DNA from: a virus
Reading direction: 5' to 3' (one strand)
Virus record (IMG/VR): IMGVR_UViG_3300025168_000032
Location: 1-64,000 of that record
Length of the DNA: 64,000 nucleotides
Position numbers and translations under genes: made by a program
Notes under the pieces: generated by a model
The model's database searches: none
What the model was told of the DNA's origin: nothing
Seen by the model: only the letters and a program-made list of their open reading frames with translations
Shown: positions 9,457 through 19,148 of the stretch, piece by piece
How the letters are laid out: the number at the start of each line of letters is the position of its first letter
Position numbering within the stretch: position 1 is the stretch's first letter

Positions 9457-10195
9457 ATTTATTATAGTAACTCCCCTTTACAACGTGGAGAAGTGGGTAA
9501 AATATTGCATCACCAGCGTGATGAAGCAGAAATATGATAATTACGAACACTATGTCATTGATGATATTTCGACAGACCAGACAAATTCAATAATCAAGAA
9601 ATGTTGTGACAAGAGTGATAAACTAAATTTGGTAACAAATACGGAGAAAAAGTATGCTCTTAAAAACATTCATGATACTTTGGAATCACTAGACCTTGAT
9701 GACAACGATATAATTGTTATACTTGACGGTGATGACTGGTTAGCGAGCGACCAAGTACTACAGAAATTAAACAACATCTATAAACAACAAGATTGCTGGA
9801 TGACGTATGGGTCTTATGTTGAATATCCTTCGAATCAGCGTGGTAAATTTTCTAAGAAGATCCCCAATCAGATTATAGACAATTCGTTGTACCGGGAAAG
9901 CGCTTGGATGTCATCTCATTTACGTACTTTTAGATATAAGCTTTGGAAAAAGATAAATAAGCAAGATTTTATAAACCCGAAAACAAACAAATTTATAAAG
10001 GCAGCATGGGATTTGGGATTTGTTTTTCCCATGTTGGAGATGGCTGGAAAGAAAGCATTTTATGTTGAGGATATATTGTATATATACAATAGAGATAATC
10101 CGCTAAACGAAGACAAGGTGGATCACAGTAAGCAGTTAAATGAAGAGTCATATGTCAGAAGCAAGAAGAAGTATCAACTACTGAAGGAGTTATAA
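9446..10195 (+). CDS. Glycosyltransferase family 2
   Basis: IVTPLYNVEKW, VIDDISTD and ILDGDDWL (DXD). Confidence 0.92.
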   Translation: MNNKFIIVTPLYNVEKWVKYCITSVMKQKYDNYEHYVIDDISTDQTNSIIKKCCDKSDKLNLVTNTEKKYALKNIHDTLESLDLDDNDIIVILDGDDWLASDQVLQKLNNIYKQQDCWMTYGSYVEYPSNQRGKFSKKIPNQIIDNSLYRESAWMSSHLRTFRYKLWKKINKQDFINPKTNKFIKAAWDLGFVFPMLEMAGKKAFYVEDILYIYNRDNPLNEDKVDHSKQLNEESYVRSKKKYQLLKEL

Positions 10196-11793
10196 TGCTT
10201 ATATGTGGATTGTACAATAGCCATGATACATCATTCGCTATTTTGGAAAATGGCAAAACCATATTACACGTTGAGTTGGAAAGATATATTAGACAGAAAC
10301 AACCAATAGGCGATGCCTTTCAGTTGTTGATAAACGATTATCCTGAATTCAAAAAGATAAAATACTTTGTTGAAATACTGGACCCAACACACCAAACACA
10401 AAAAAAGACCCCTTACGCGCACCAGATGATTAAGAATATAGTAGAATCAAATGGCGGTGAGTACTATGTTTGTGGGCACCATCAGTCTCACGCTGCAAAT
10501 GCTTTTTATTCTAGTAACTTTAAAGATGCGTTGATTGTAACAATTGACGGTGGCGGCCGAGATATAATTGAAAACGTCGACAAGATATTAACATCTACTA
10601 CGTGGGTTGGAAAAGGTAACAATATAACAATTATAAAACATGCCGTTGAGTCACAATTTAATATAGGCTCTACGTGGAATATATTTACGACGAATATCTT
10701 TGGTTTATCCGGTGGGTGGCCAAAGGGAGATCAGGCAGGTTCTGTTATGGCAATGGCATGCATGGGAGACCCAAACAAATATTATGATGACGTGGCATCC
10801 TTACGATTTGAAAGATACGCTTATTGGAACAAAGAGAAGATACAAACATTCAACAAGCTGGCGAAAATAGCCAATGGAAGTGAGCAAAACAAATTTGATA
10901 TCGCTGCCGCCTTGCAAAAATACACAGAAGACTTTTTGTTTACACTAATTGGCGGTTTGCTAAAAGAGACAAAACAAAGAAACATATGCCTCAGTGGGGG
11001 TGTCGCTTTAAATTCCGTTATGGTTGGGAAATTGTATTCTGTATTTGAAAAAGAGATTGATAATATCTATGTTTGTCCTGTGCCTTATGACGCTGGGCTA
11101 TGTATCGGAGCAGCGCAATATGTGTGGCATCAAGTCCTAGGGAACGATAGAATAGAACATATCAATAACTCTTCTCCGTATCTAGGAATAGATTACACAA
11201 AACAGCAGATTCTTGATTCTTTGAGCTTATATGACAACGTATCGACATACGAAAAACAAAACCAGACTCACGTTTTAGGTCTCTTGTCAGAATCTAAAAT
11301 AATTTCTTTGTTTTGCGGAAAATCAGAATCAGGTAGAAGGGCTCTGGGGAACAGAAGCATAATAGCTGACCCAAGAAACCCAGAAATGAAAGACACTATA
11401 AATCAAAAAGTTAAACATAGACAATGGTATAGACCATTCGCACCTTCTATTATGCGTGAGCATGTGTCTGAGTGGTTTGAAAGGGACATCGATAGTCCCT
11501 ATATGAGTAAGGTTATTAATTTTAAACCGGAGATGGGTAAGAAGGTGCCCGCTGTAAACCACTTCAATGGATCAGCAAGACTACAAACAGTCACAGAGCA
11601 AGACAATAAGCTTTATTACAATTTGCTGAAAGAGTGGAATGAGATATCTGGTGTTCCAATATTGCTAAATACAAGCTTTAATGATAGGGAGCCGATTGTC
11701 GAAACACCCAACGATGCAATTAAGTGTTTTTTAAATACCGATATAGATCATTTATACTTTTTGGAGTACGAGTTGCTGGTGAGTAAAAAATGA
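10195..11793 (+). CDS. O-carbamoyltransferase (NodU/CmcH/TobZ family)
   Basis: HHQSHAANAF, SGGVALN, GRRALGNRSI, RPFAPS, SARLQTV and LLNTSFN. Confidence 0.95.
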   Translation: MLICGLYNSHDTSFAILENGKTILHVELERYIRQKQPIGDAFQLLINDYPEFKKIKYFVEILDPTHQTQKKTPYAHQMIKNIVESNGGEYYVCGHHQSHAANAFYSSNFKDALIVTIDGGGRDIIENVDKILTSTTWVGKGNNITIIKHAVESQFNIGSTWNIFTTNIFGLSGGWPKGDQAGSVMAMACMGDPNKYYDDVASLRFERYAYWNKEKIQTFNKLAKIANGSEQNKFDIAAALQKYTEDFLFTLIGGLLKETKQRNICLSGGVALNSVMVGKLYSVFEKEIDNIYVCPVPYDAGLCIGAAQYVWHQVLGNDRIEHINNSSPYLGIDYTKQQILDSLSLYDNVSTYEKQNQTHVLGLLSESKIISLFCGKSESGRRALGNRSIIADPRNPEMKDTINQKVKHRQWYRPFAPSIMREHVSEWFERDIDSPYMSKVINFKPEMGKKVPAVNHFNGSARLQTVTEQDNKLYYNLLKEWNEISGVPILLNTSFNDREPIVETPNDAIKCFLNTDIDHLYFLEYELLVSKK

Positions 11794-12617
11794 TATCTTG
11801 TGTTTTAAAAGGCGGGCTGGGAAACCAAATGTTCCAAATAGCTGCTGTCGTAAACCTTGCGGTTGAAAATAAAATAGCATTTTGTTTTGACCAGAATACG
11901 TGGCCCCCAATGGGAGGCGCAGGCGGAGAAGCTTTCCAAGCATCCCCTCCAACTAAATACTTAAAGAATGTATTTCGAAAATTACCTTTTAAAGATATTA
12001 AATCTAAAAACTTATTCATGGTCTATAACGAGCCTAGCTTTCATTACACTGAGATTCACCCAAGACAAAACATGCTGTTAAATGGGTACTTCCAATCTGA
12101 ACGTTATTTCGAAAAGAATGCAGAGATTATAAAGAAGGTTTTCTCCCCTCCAAAAAGCATTATCAATGATTTTAACAATAGATTTGTTAAAGAGTTTCCT
12201 GATTGTCAGTTTGTCTCTATACATGTTCGAAGGGGTTCCCACCTGAAAAACCCGCATTATCATGGATCGTGTGACAGTGAATATTTTAATGAGTCCATTA
12301 AGAGGTTTGATCAGACTGTAAAATTCTTAGTTTTTAGTGATGATATGGATTGGTGCCAAGATAACTTTCATGGAGATAATTTCCTGTTCGTAGAAAACCA
12401 GAAAGACTACGAAGACCTCTATTATATGTCGTTGTGCCATCACAACATAATATGCAATAGTACATTTAGTTGGTGGTCAGCATGGCTGAATACGAATGAA
12501 GGCAAAATTATTATAAGTCCAAAGAAGTGGTTTGGGCCCGGCTACTCCGGGCATAATCTGTCAGACATGGTCCCACCCGAGTGGGAAATCATTGATAATG
12601 GTCTGGAAGGGGAGTGA
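11790..12617 (+). CDS. GT11 alpha-1,2-fucosyl/colitosyl-transferase
   Basis: GGLGNQMFQ, SIHVRRG, FSDD and NSTFSWWSAWL. Confidence 0.93.
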   Translation: MISCVLKGGLGNQMFQIAAVVNLAVENKIAFCFDQNTWPPMGGAGGEAFQASPPTKYLKNVFRKLPFKDIKSKNLFMVYNEPSFHYTEIHPRQNMLLNGYFQSERYFEKNAEIIKKVFSPPKSIINDFNNRFVKEFPDCQFVSIHVRRGSHLKNPHYHGSCDSEYFNESIKRFDQTVKFLVFSDDMDWCQDNFHGDNFLFVENQKDYEDLYYMSLCHHNIICNSTFSWWSAWLNTNEGKIIISPKKWFGPGYSGHNLSDMVPPEWEIIDNGLEGE

Positions 12618-13447
12618 ACTTGAACGATCACCGCTTTAACAAGTTGGAAAAGAGATATTATGATTTCTATCTAAAGAACAGAAAACAAGCAAGCCAACAA
12701 TTCATGGATAAGATATCTATAAATTCTGGTTTAGTTGGCCACTTGCACCTCCTGAAGGCCAACGGATATGTACAGATACCCCCAGAGTCTTTAAGCATTA
12801 AAGATGACTTGGGTGAAATACGAAGGCAGGTTTGTGATTACTATTCCGAAAACGACACAAGGGTTCTAAAGAACCCTTTTGGGATTAATGGGTTGTATGA
12901 ATTGGTAAAAAAAACACTGGTCCCTATCGCTTGTTGTTATTACAAGTGTGTACCAACAATAAGCTATATAAAGGTAATAAAATCCTATGCTTCAAACGAC
13001 CCAAAAGACACACAGTTTTTTCATAGAGATCCGGGTTCATACAAATTATTAAAAGCGGTTATTTATTTAAACGATGTTGATGCGTTTGGCGGCCCTTTGG
13101 TATATGTACAAAATTCCAACAAAGAAGACCTAAGTGGGATATCGGGCAGAGAAAGAATAAAAGATAAAGAAGTAAAGCAAAAATATAACAAGAAAATAAA
13201 AGAAATAATCGGACCGTTAGGTCAAGTAACTTTCTTTGATGCTAAAGGGGTACACAAGGGGAAGCTGCCAACCCGAAGAGACAGAATTGCAATAATAGTT
13301 AATTTTTCTCTTCACCCTGAATACGGACAGAAAGATAACTATAATAAAATTACTTACAACATAACAGATGGTTATAGTGATTTCGACTTAATGCTTTTAG
13401 ATTCTTGTGTGCCCATATTCGGAGTAAAAGATGAAAATAAAAGTTAA
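12614..13447 (+). CDS. Fe(II)/2-oxoglutarate oxygenase (phytanoyl-CoA dioxygenase-like)
   Basis: FHRD (HxD), AVIYLNDV...GGPLVYV, distal His in GVHKG and a following Arg. Confidence 0.8.
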   Translation: MNLNDHRFNKLEKRYYDFYLKNRKQASQQFMDKISINSGLVGHLHLLKANGYVQIPPESLSIKDDLGEIRRQVCDYYSENDTRVLKNPFGINGLYELVKKTLVPIACCYYKCVPTISYIKVIKSYASNDPKDTQFFHRDPGSYKLLKAVIYLNDVDAFGGPLVYVQNSNKEDLSGISGRERIKDKEVKQKYNKKIKEIIGPLGQVTFFDAKGVHKGKLPTRRDRIAIIVNFSLHPEYGQKDNYNKITYNITDGYSDFDLMLLDSCVPIFGVKDENKS

Positions 13448-14276
13448 CTTATTTGATGTTTTGACAAACCATAGCAAACCAGCGTATGGCTTTAGAACAT
13501 TCAGTCCCTTTGTGGAACCAAAGTGTATAGATTATCTTGATGGTGGTCAAGATGTATCGGTATATACAGACAAAAGCTTAAATAGAGAAAATGTACTTAG
13601 AGACCCTGCCAAAGTTAAAGTCGCTTGGCTAGTGGAGTGTAGGGAAGTACACCCCTTTGCTTATGAACAGGTGCTTCGTCTTGAAAATCTGTTTGATTAC
13701 ATATTCACTTTTGACGAAGAATTACTGAACTTGGGTGACAAGTATATAAAAACCCCAATAGCATCAAGTAGGATTATAGATAGGCATTCCAAGATTTACA
13801 AAAAAAGAAAAAACACTTCCATGATAGTTTCTAAGAAATCATGGTGTTCCGGGCACAAATACAGACACGAAATAGTATCAAAGCTAAAGAATACTCACTT
13901 ATTGGATCTTTGGGGAGAAGCCTTTAAACCAATGCCACAAGGAGCCAAAATACTAGCGTTAGCAGAGTATAGATATTCAATAGTGGTAGAGAACTCTAAA
14001 GGTAAAAACTATTTTACTGAAAAACTTATTGATTGCTTTAGGACGGGAACAATACCAATTTATTGGGGATCTAGCGCCATCACCGAACACTTTAATATGG
14101 GCGGTATAATCTGTTTTGATACAATTAAAGATTTAGACGATTTAATCCCGTCTTTAACGGAAGATAGATATGGCACAATGATAGAAGCATTAAGAGAAAA
14201 TTACAAGCTAGCCAGTAAGTGGACTTCCATGGATGACACATTTGCAAACAATTTAAAGGAGATTACAAATGGATAG
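13431..14276 (+). CDS. GT10-like (alpha-1,3/4-fucosyltransferase-like) glycosyltransferase
   Basis: YRYSIVVENS...YFTEKLIDCF..GTIPIYWG. Confidence 0.8.
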   Translation: MKIKVNLFDVLTNHSKPAYGFRTFSPFVEPKCIDYLDGGQDVSVYTDKSLNRENVLRDPAKVKVAWLVECREVHPFAYEQVLRLENLFDYIFTFDEELLNLGDKYIKTPIASSRIIDRHSKIYKKRKNTSMIVSKKSWCSGHKYRHEIVSKLKNTHLLDLWGEAFKPMPQGAKILALAEYRYSIVVENSKGKNYFTEKLIDCFRTGTIPIYWGSSAITEHFNMGGIICFDTIKDLDDLIPSLTEDRYGTMIEALRENYKLASKWTSMDDTFANNLKEITNG

Positions 14277-14685
14277 AAAATATTTACCAACACTTTCAGA
14301 GTTGATCGACAGGCTTTCAATAGCTCAATTGAAAGAGGTCTTTATAACAAAACACAAAGAGGAGTATGCTCAAGAAATTTCTGATATTTTACATGATATA
14401 GACTTGACACTAAAGGAAAAAGATGTTATATTAGATAGTAATAGTGTAAGGGCAATTGTTGTCTTGTCTCAAATGAATTTACATATTTGGCATAACGAGT
14501 CAAATTATAGAAAAGGCATAAAAGACGGAAACAACCTTGAACTTACACACGGTCTCAATGGAATTAGAAACACTGCTAAAAACAAAATACAAGAGTTAGC
14601 GGGCGGCAGAAAAGATTATAAGATTGATTGTTTGGCGGCAGAGTTTAAAGATTGGGAGATAAGCTGGGATAAAGATGAAGATTGA
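14269..14685 (+). CDS. Helical hypothetical protein within the glycan island
   Basis: 138-aa ORF overlapping both neighbours, beginning LPTLSELIDRLSIAQLKE. Confidence 0.8.
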   Translation: MDRKYLPTLSELIDRLSIAQLKEVFITKHKEEYAQEISDILHDIDLTLKEKDVILDSNSVRAIVVLSQMNLHIWHNESNYRKGIKDGNNLELTHGLNGIRNTAKNKIQELAGGRKDYKIDCLAAEFKDWEISWDKDED

Positions 14686-15160
14686 CAATATCGATGGTGT
14701 TAAAATAGTTGAGCCTGATTATTTTACTGATTATAGAGGCGACCTGTGGACCTTGTGGAAAAGTGGTGATCACGGTTTGAGCTTCAATCATGATAAGGTA
14801 TCTACCTCTAGAAGGAACGTGCTACGGGGAATCCATGGGGATTCCAAATCGTGGAAGCTGGTCACTTGCTTGTATGGTGACCTTTATTTCGTCTTAGTCG
14901 ACAACCGAGAAGATTCGCCTACGTATATGAAATACCAGTCCATGATTTTGGACTCGAAAAAGAGAAAGCAGGTGCTAATCCCTCCAAGCGTGGGAAACGG
15001 TTTTGTAGTGTTGAGCCACAATTCCGTCTTTCATTATAAGTGGGCATATCCGGGAACCTATCCCGATGTAGATCAGCAGTTTACAATAAAATGGGATGAC
15101 CCTCGTTGTAACATTAACTGGCCAATTAGCAACCCGATATTACAACTAAGGGATAAATAA
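14675..15160 (+). CDS. rmlC: NDP-4-keto-6-deoxyhexose 3,5-epimerase (RmlC cupin family)
   Basis: DYRG, NVLRGIHG, KLVTCLYG, QVLIPPSVGNGF and WDDP..NINWP. Confidence 0.9.
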   Translation: MKIDNIDGVKIVEPDYFTDYRGDLWTLWKSGDHGLSFNHDKVSTSRRNVLRGIHGDSKSWKLVTCLYGDLYFVLVDNREDSPTYMKYQSMILDSKKRKQVLIPPSVGNGFVVLSHNSVFHYKWAYPGTYPDVDQQFTIKWDDPRCNINWPISNPILQLRDK

Positions 15161-15792
15161 TGATTTTGCAAATACCAAAACATTTAGAGAAAGTTAGAGA
15201 GGTTACGATAACAGAGCAGGAATTGATTAATTTTGAATCAAAAGTTCGTGATACTTATGAAGCTGGTAAGATAAGAGGGCCAATTCATTTAGCTGGAAAT
15301 AACGAAAAGCAATTATTGGAAATTTTTCAATACATAAACAAGGACGATTGGGTCTTTGTTCCGTGGAGAAACCATTATCACGCCTTGTTGCATGGTGTTG
15401 ATCCTGAGAAGCTTTTTGATTGGATTTTGGAAGGAAGGAGTATGGGAACAAACAACACCAATCCTAACTTTTATTCATCGTCTATAGTGGGTGGTATAAT
15501 TCCTATTTCTGTTGGCACAGCCATGGGGTTGAAACTGAAGAATTCTCCAAATCGTGTATGGTGCTTTGTAGGTGACATGACGATGGAAACTGGTGGGTTT
15601 CATGAAGCATATAAATACGTTAAGAACTTTGATCTACCACTACAGTGGGTAATCGAGGATAACGATATGAGTGTCCATACCCCGACTGAAATGGCTTGGG
15701 GAAAAAAACAAGAAACACCAGACGGAGTTGTATATTACAAATACGAGATGGGATATCCCCATCACGGAACAGGAAAGTGGGTGAATTTTTAA
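15160..15792 (+). CDS. ThDP-dependent E1 alpha-like subunit (short form)
   Basis: GPIHLAGNNE, RNHYHAL, SSIVGG and ThDP motif GDM-x26-DN. Confidence 0.88.
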   Translation: MILQIPKHLEKVREVTITEQELINFESKVRDTYEAGKIRGPIHLAGNNEKQLLEIFQYINKDDWVFVPWRNHYHALLHGVDPEKLFDWILEGRSMGTNNTNPNFYSSSIVGGIIPISVGTAMGLKLKNSPNRVWCFVGDMTMETGGFHEAYKYVKNFDLPLQWVIEDNDMSVHTPTEMAWGKKQETPDGVVYYKYEMGYPHHGTGKWVNF

Positions 15793-15794
15793 TC

Positions 15795-16340
15795 ATGAAA
15801 GAAAAGAGATATAAAAAAGAAATAATAAGAGCAATGAACTGGTTAGCAGAGAAAGACAACACGATCTTTTTAGGCCAAGCCTGCAAAGTAAGCGGTCATG
15901 CCATTTCAAGCACAATTCAAGAAGTACCTATTGAAAAAAGGATCGAATTGCCGGTGTTTGAGGAAACCCAAATGGGAATCTCCACAGGTGTTGCATTAGA
16001 AGGTTTTGTTCCTATAACGATGTATCCAAGGTTTGACTTTTTTATTTTAGCATGCAATCAGCTTGTTAACCATCTAGATAAGATGAACGATATGTCCAAG
16101 GGAGAGATGCTACCTCGTGTAATCATACGAGTATCAGTTGGGTCGAAGAGTCCAATAGATGCAGGCCCCCAACATACTCAGAACCACACCGAGGCTTTGA
16201 GAAAGATGTTGACAGATGTTCATGTAGTGGAATTAACAGAAGCTGACCAAGTGTTTCCAGCTTTCGTAGAGGCTTATGAGAGAAAAGATTCTAAGTCAAC
16301 TTTGATTGTAGAGCATGGAGAGTATTATGGGACAAAATAA
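15795..16340 (+). CDS. ThDP-dependent E1 beta-like subunit (pyrimidine-binding domain only)
   Basis: LPVFEETQMG, YPRFDF..LACNQLVNH and GPQHTQ. Start moved to ATG15795 just after the alpha-subunit stop (track start 15696). Confidence 0.88.
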   Translation: MKEKRYKKEIIRAMNWLAEKDNTIFLGQACKVSGHAISSTIQEVPIEKRIELPVFEETQMGISTGVALEGFVPITMYPRFDFFILACNQLVNHLDKMNDMSKGEMLPRVIIRVSVGSKSPIDAGPQHTQNHTEALRKMLTDVHVVELTEADQVFPAFVEAYERKDSKSTLIVEHGEYYGTK

Positions 16341-17493
16341 GTTTTCTTGGCCACTTATCAACGATAACATAACCCAGAAAGATAAGGAAGTGCTATCGGA
16401 TTTTATATTGAACACAAACAGATTCACGAACGGTCCCAAAGTCAAAGAGTTCGAGAAAGCGTGGTCTGAGTGGTTGGGTGTTAAGTATAGCGTGATGGTT
16501 GGTTCTGGTGCTGCTGCGAATTATATTACAACATCGATTGTTCGCGAGAAAAAGGGCCAAAAGGGCGAGATTATTGTACCTCCTATAGGATGGGTCTCCG
16601 ATGTGTCTTCTGTCATAAATACCGGCTTTACGCCCGTTTTTGTTGATGTCGACTTGGATACGATGGCAATTTCTTACGAGAATATCAAAAACGCGATCAA
16701 TAAAAATACAAAGGCTATTGTTTTAGTTCACGTTTTGGGATTCAACGGCATCAACGACAAGATTATTAAACTAGCTAAAGAAAACGATTTACTACTGATA
16801 GAAGATTGTTGCGAATCACACGGTGCGACACACAACGGTAACAAGGTCGGAACCATGGGAGATATGTCCTGTTTTTCATTTTATTTTGGCCATCACATGA
16901 CAACTATTGAGGGCGGTATGGTGTGCACAAACGATGAAGATATATACGAGTTTGCAAGAATGTTTAGATCCCATGGGATGACCAGAGAGGCTTCACTTGA
17001 AACTCAGAAAAAATATGCAAAGCCAGATGTCAATCCTTTGTTTACATTTGCAGTCCCCGGATACAACATGAGAAGCACCGAGCTTAATGCTGTGTTAGGC
17101 CTAGAGCAAATTAAAAGACTTGATGATAATATTAATACTAGATGTAATAATCTGGTAACGTGGGTTTCGAATCTAGATCCTGAGCTTTATTACGTTAATT
17201 TTCTAATGGATGGTAGTAGTAATTACGCTTTACCCCTGATATTGAATTACAATAATAAGAATATGAAATTAGTTTGTAGCATTCTGGAAAGCGAAGGAGT
17301 GGAGTACAGACTTGGTACTGCCGGTGGTGGCAACCAAGCAAGACAACCTTATTTAGAAAGGTACGAATATTCTGTGGTAGGGAAGATGAATAATACAAAT
17401 TATATACATGATTACGGTTTGTATATTGGGAACCACCCGGAATTAACTAAAAAACAAATTATAAATTTATGTGGGAGACTTAATGATGTTTGA
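16327..17493 (+). CDS. PLP-dependent DegT-family enzyme, ColD-like GDP-4-keto-6-deoxymannose 3-dehydratase
   Basis: EDCCESHGA, FSFYFGHHMTTIEGG (His at the usual Lys position) and RSHGMTR. Start at ATG16327 behind GGAGAG. Confidence 0.8.
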   Translation: MGQNKFSWPLINDNITQKDKEVLSDFILNTNRFTNGPKVKEFEKAWSEWLGVKYSVMVGSGAAANYITTSIVREKKGQKGEIIVPPIGWVSDVSSVINTGFTPVFVDVDLDTMAISYENIKNAINKNTKAIVLVHVLGFNGINDKIIKLAKENDLLLIEDCCESHGATHNGNKVGTMGDMSCFSFYFGHHMTTIEGGMVCTNDEDIYEFARMFRSHGMTREASLETQKKYAKPDVNPLFTFAVPGYNMRSTELNAVLGLEQIKRLDDNINTRCNNLVTWVSNLDPELYYVNFLMDGSSNYALPLILNYNNKNMKLVCSILESEGVEYRLGTAGGGNQARQPYLERYEYSVVGKMNNTNYIHDYGLYIGNHPELTKKQIINLCGRLNDV

Positions 17494-18445
17494 AAATAAA
17501 AAGGTTCTAGTCACAGGCGGAACTGGTATGATTGGTAGAGAGTTGGTAAACCTTTTGACTGCTCGTGGCGCTAAGGTGTTCATTTGTAGCCTAGACCAGC
17601 CAAAGGATATTCCGGAGGGTGTTTCTTTTGTATTTAAAGACTTAAGATACTTATCAAATTGCCTTGAGGTATGTAAGGGTATGGATTATGTTTTTAATTG
17701 TGCAGGAGTTAAGGGCTCCCCAAAGATGTGCATGGAGCAACCAGCAGACTTCTTTGTTCCAATGGTGCAGTTTAATACCAACATGATGCAAGCTGCCTTT
17801 GAGAATGATGTAGAGTGGTATTTATACACTTCTAGTGTCGGCGTGTACCACCCGGCTGAAGTCTTTAAAGAAGACGATGTATGGATGACTATGCCTTCTA
17901 AGAACGATTGGTTTGCCGGTTGGGCAAAACGCATGGGAGAATTACAAGCTAAAGCTTATTCTATTCAGCACGGGTGGGATAAAGTGTCTATTGTAAGACC
18001 AGCTAATGTTTACGGATCATATGACAACTTTGACCCCGACAACGCAATGGTTATTCCAGCTTTAATAAGAAAAGCATTCGAGAATGACAAGTTGAGTGTT
18101 TGGGGCGATGGGTCTCCAATAAGAGACTTTATTCATGCTAGAGATGTCGCATTGGGTATGATCCATATGGTAGAAAACAAGTTCACAAAACCAGTGAATT
18201 TGGGGTCCGGGGAGGGCATTAAGATCAAGCGTATAGCCGAAGCGATAGCAAACTATTTCGATAAAGAAATAGAGTGGGATGTTTCTAAGCCAACTGGCGA
18301 TGCTAGGCGGGTATTTGATATGACACGAGCAAAATCCTGTGGTTTCGAACCATCTGTGTCAATTGAAGAAGGAATAAGTGAAACCATTGAATGGTTTTTA
18401 GAAAACAAAGAAAACATAGATAAGAGATTTAATGCGTTCAAATAA
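17483..18445 (+). CDS. Extended SDR, GDP-fucose synthase/GDP-mannose epimerase-like
   Basis: TGGTGMIG, RPANVYG, VIPALIRK and WGDGSPIRDFIH. The YxxxK position reads AGWAK. Confidence 0.85.
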   Translation: MMFENKKVLVTGGTGMIGRELVNLLTARGAKVFICSLDQPKDIPEGVSFVFKDLRYLSNCLEVCKGMDYVFNCAGVKGSPKMCMEQPADFFVPMVQFNTNMMQAAFENDVEWYLYTSSVGVYHPAEVFKEDDVWMTMPSKNDWFAGWAKRMGELQAKAYSIQHGWDKVSIVRPANVYGSYDNFDPDNAMVIPALIRKAFENDKLSVWGDGSPIRDFIHARDVALGMIHMVENKFTKPVNLGSGEGIKIKRIAEAIANYFDKEIEWDVSKPTGDARRVFDMTRAKSCGFEPSVSIEEGISETIEWFLENKENIDKRFNAFK

Positions 18446-19148
18446 TATACTAATAACAGGAGTCAACAGTGGATTGGGCAAATATATTCACAACCATATT
18501 AAAGGGTCCGTGGGTCTGCATAGGCAAAACCTAGGCGCTGTGCTCTCCTGTTCATCTATCGACACAATTATACATTGTGCTTTCGATGCGAAAAGAGAGA
18601 TAAATGACCACTATCAGTATTTTAATGATAATCTCTATCTCACAAAACAATTACTGGGGATGCCGCATCAAAAATTTATTTATGTATCATCTGTAGATGT
18701 TTATCGAGAAGAGCAATCATACTATAAGTTGATGAAACTTATGGCCGAATCTATAGTAAAAAACGAGAGTAAAAACTACATCATCGCAAGATGTTCAGCG
18801 ATGCTTGGAGAAGGAATGAGGAAAAACACTTTGGTAAAATTATCAGAAAAGAACCTTTTAAAAACTGGGCTTTCAAGTAAGTCTACTTTTAATTATGTTT
18901 TATATGAAGACATTTTGTCTTTTTTTAACAAGTCTATTGAAAATAATCTATCTGGTGTTTATAATTTGGTATCAAGATCCAACATATCTTTATCAGAGAT
19001 CGGTGAGCATTTTGAATATTATCCAAAATATGGAGATTTTCTATATAATACCCCTGTGGTAGAAAACAATATCCCATCTGATCTTTCCTCAATGGGACAA
19101 AGAACGTCACTTCAAAATATAAAGAGGTTTATAAAACAAAATGACTAA
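18432..19148 (+). CDS. Short NAD(P)-dependent epimerase/reductase (SDR)
   Basis: ITGVNSGLG, SSVDVY and YKLMK (YxxxK). Confidence 0.8.
   Translation: MRSNNILITGVNSGLGKYIHNHIKGSVGLHRQNLGAVLSCSSIDTIIHCAFDAKREINDHYQYFNDNLYLTKQLLGMPHQKFIYVSSVDVYREEQSYYKLMKLMAESIVKNESKNYIIARCSAMLGEGMRKNTLVKLSEKNLLKTGLSSKSTFNYVLYEDILSFFNKSIENNLSGVYNLVSRSNISLSEIGEHFEYYPKYGDFLYNTPVVENNIPSDLSSMGQRTSLQNIKRFIKQND

Noticed and set aside
10195-13447. Definite DNA hypermodification cluster
   Set aside because: No dNMP hydroxymethylase, thymidylate synthase homolog or DNA methylase in the window. Kept only as an alternative hypothesis.
15160-16340. Pyruvate dehydrogenase as a central-metabolism auxiliary gene
   Set aside because: Both subunits are short (the beta lacks its C-domain), E2 and E3 are absent, and the pair sits among nucleotide-sugar genes.
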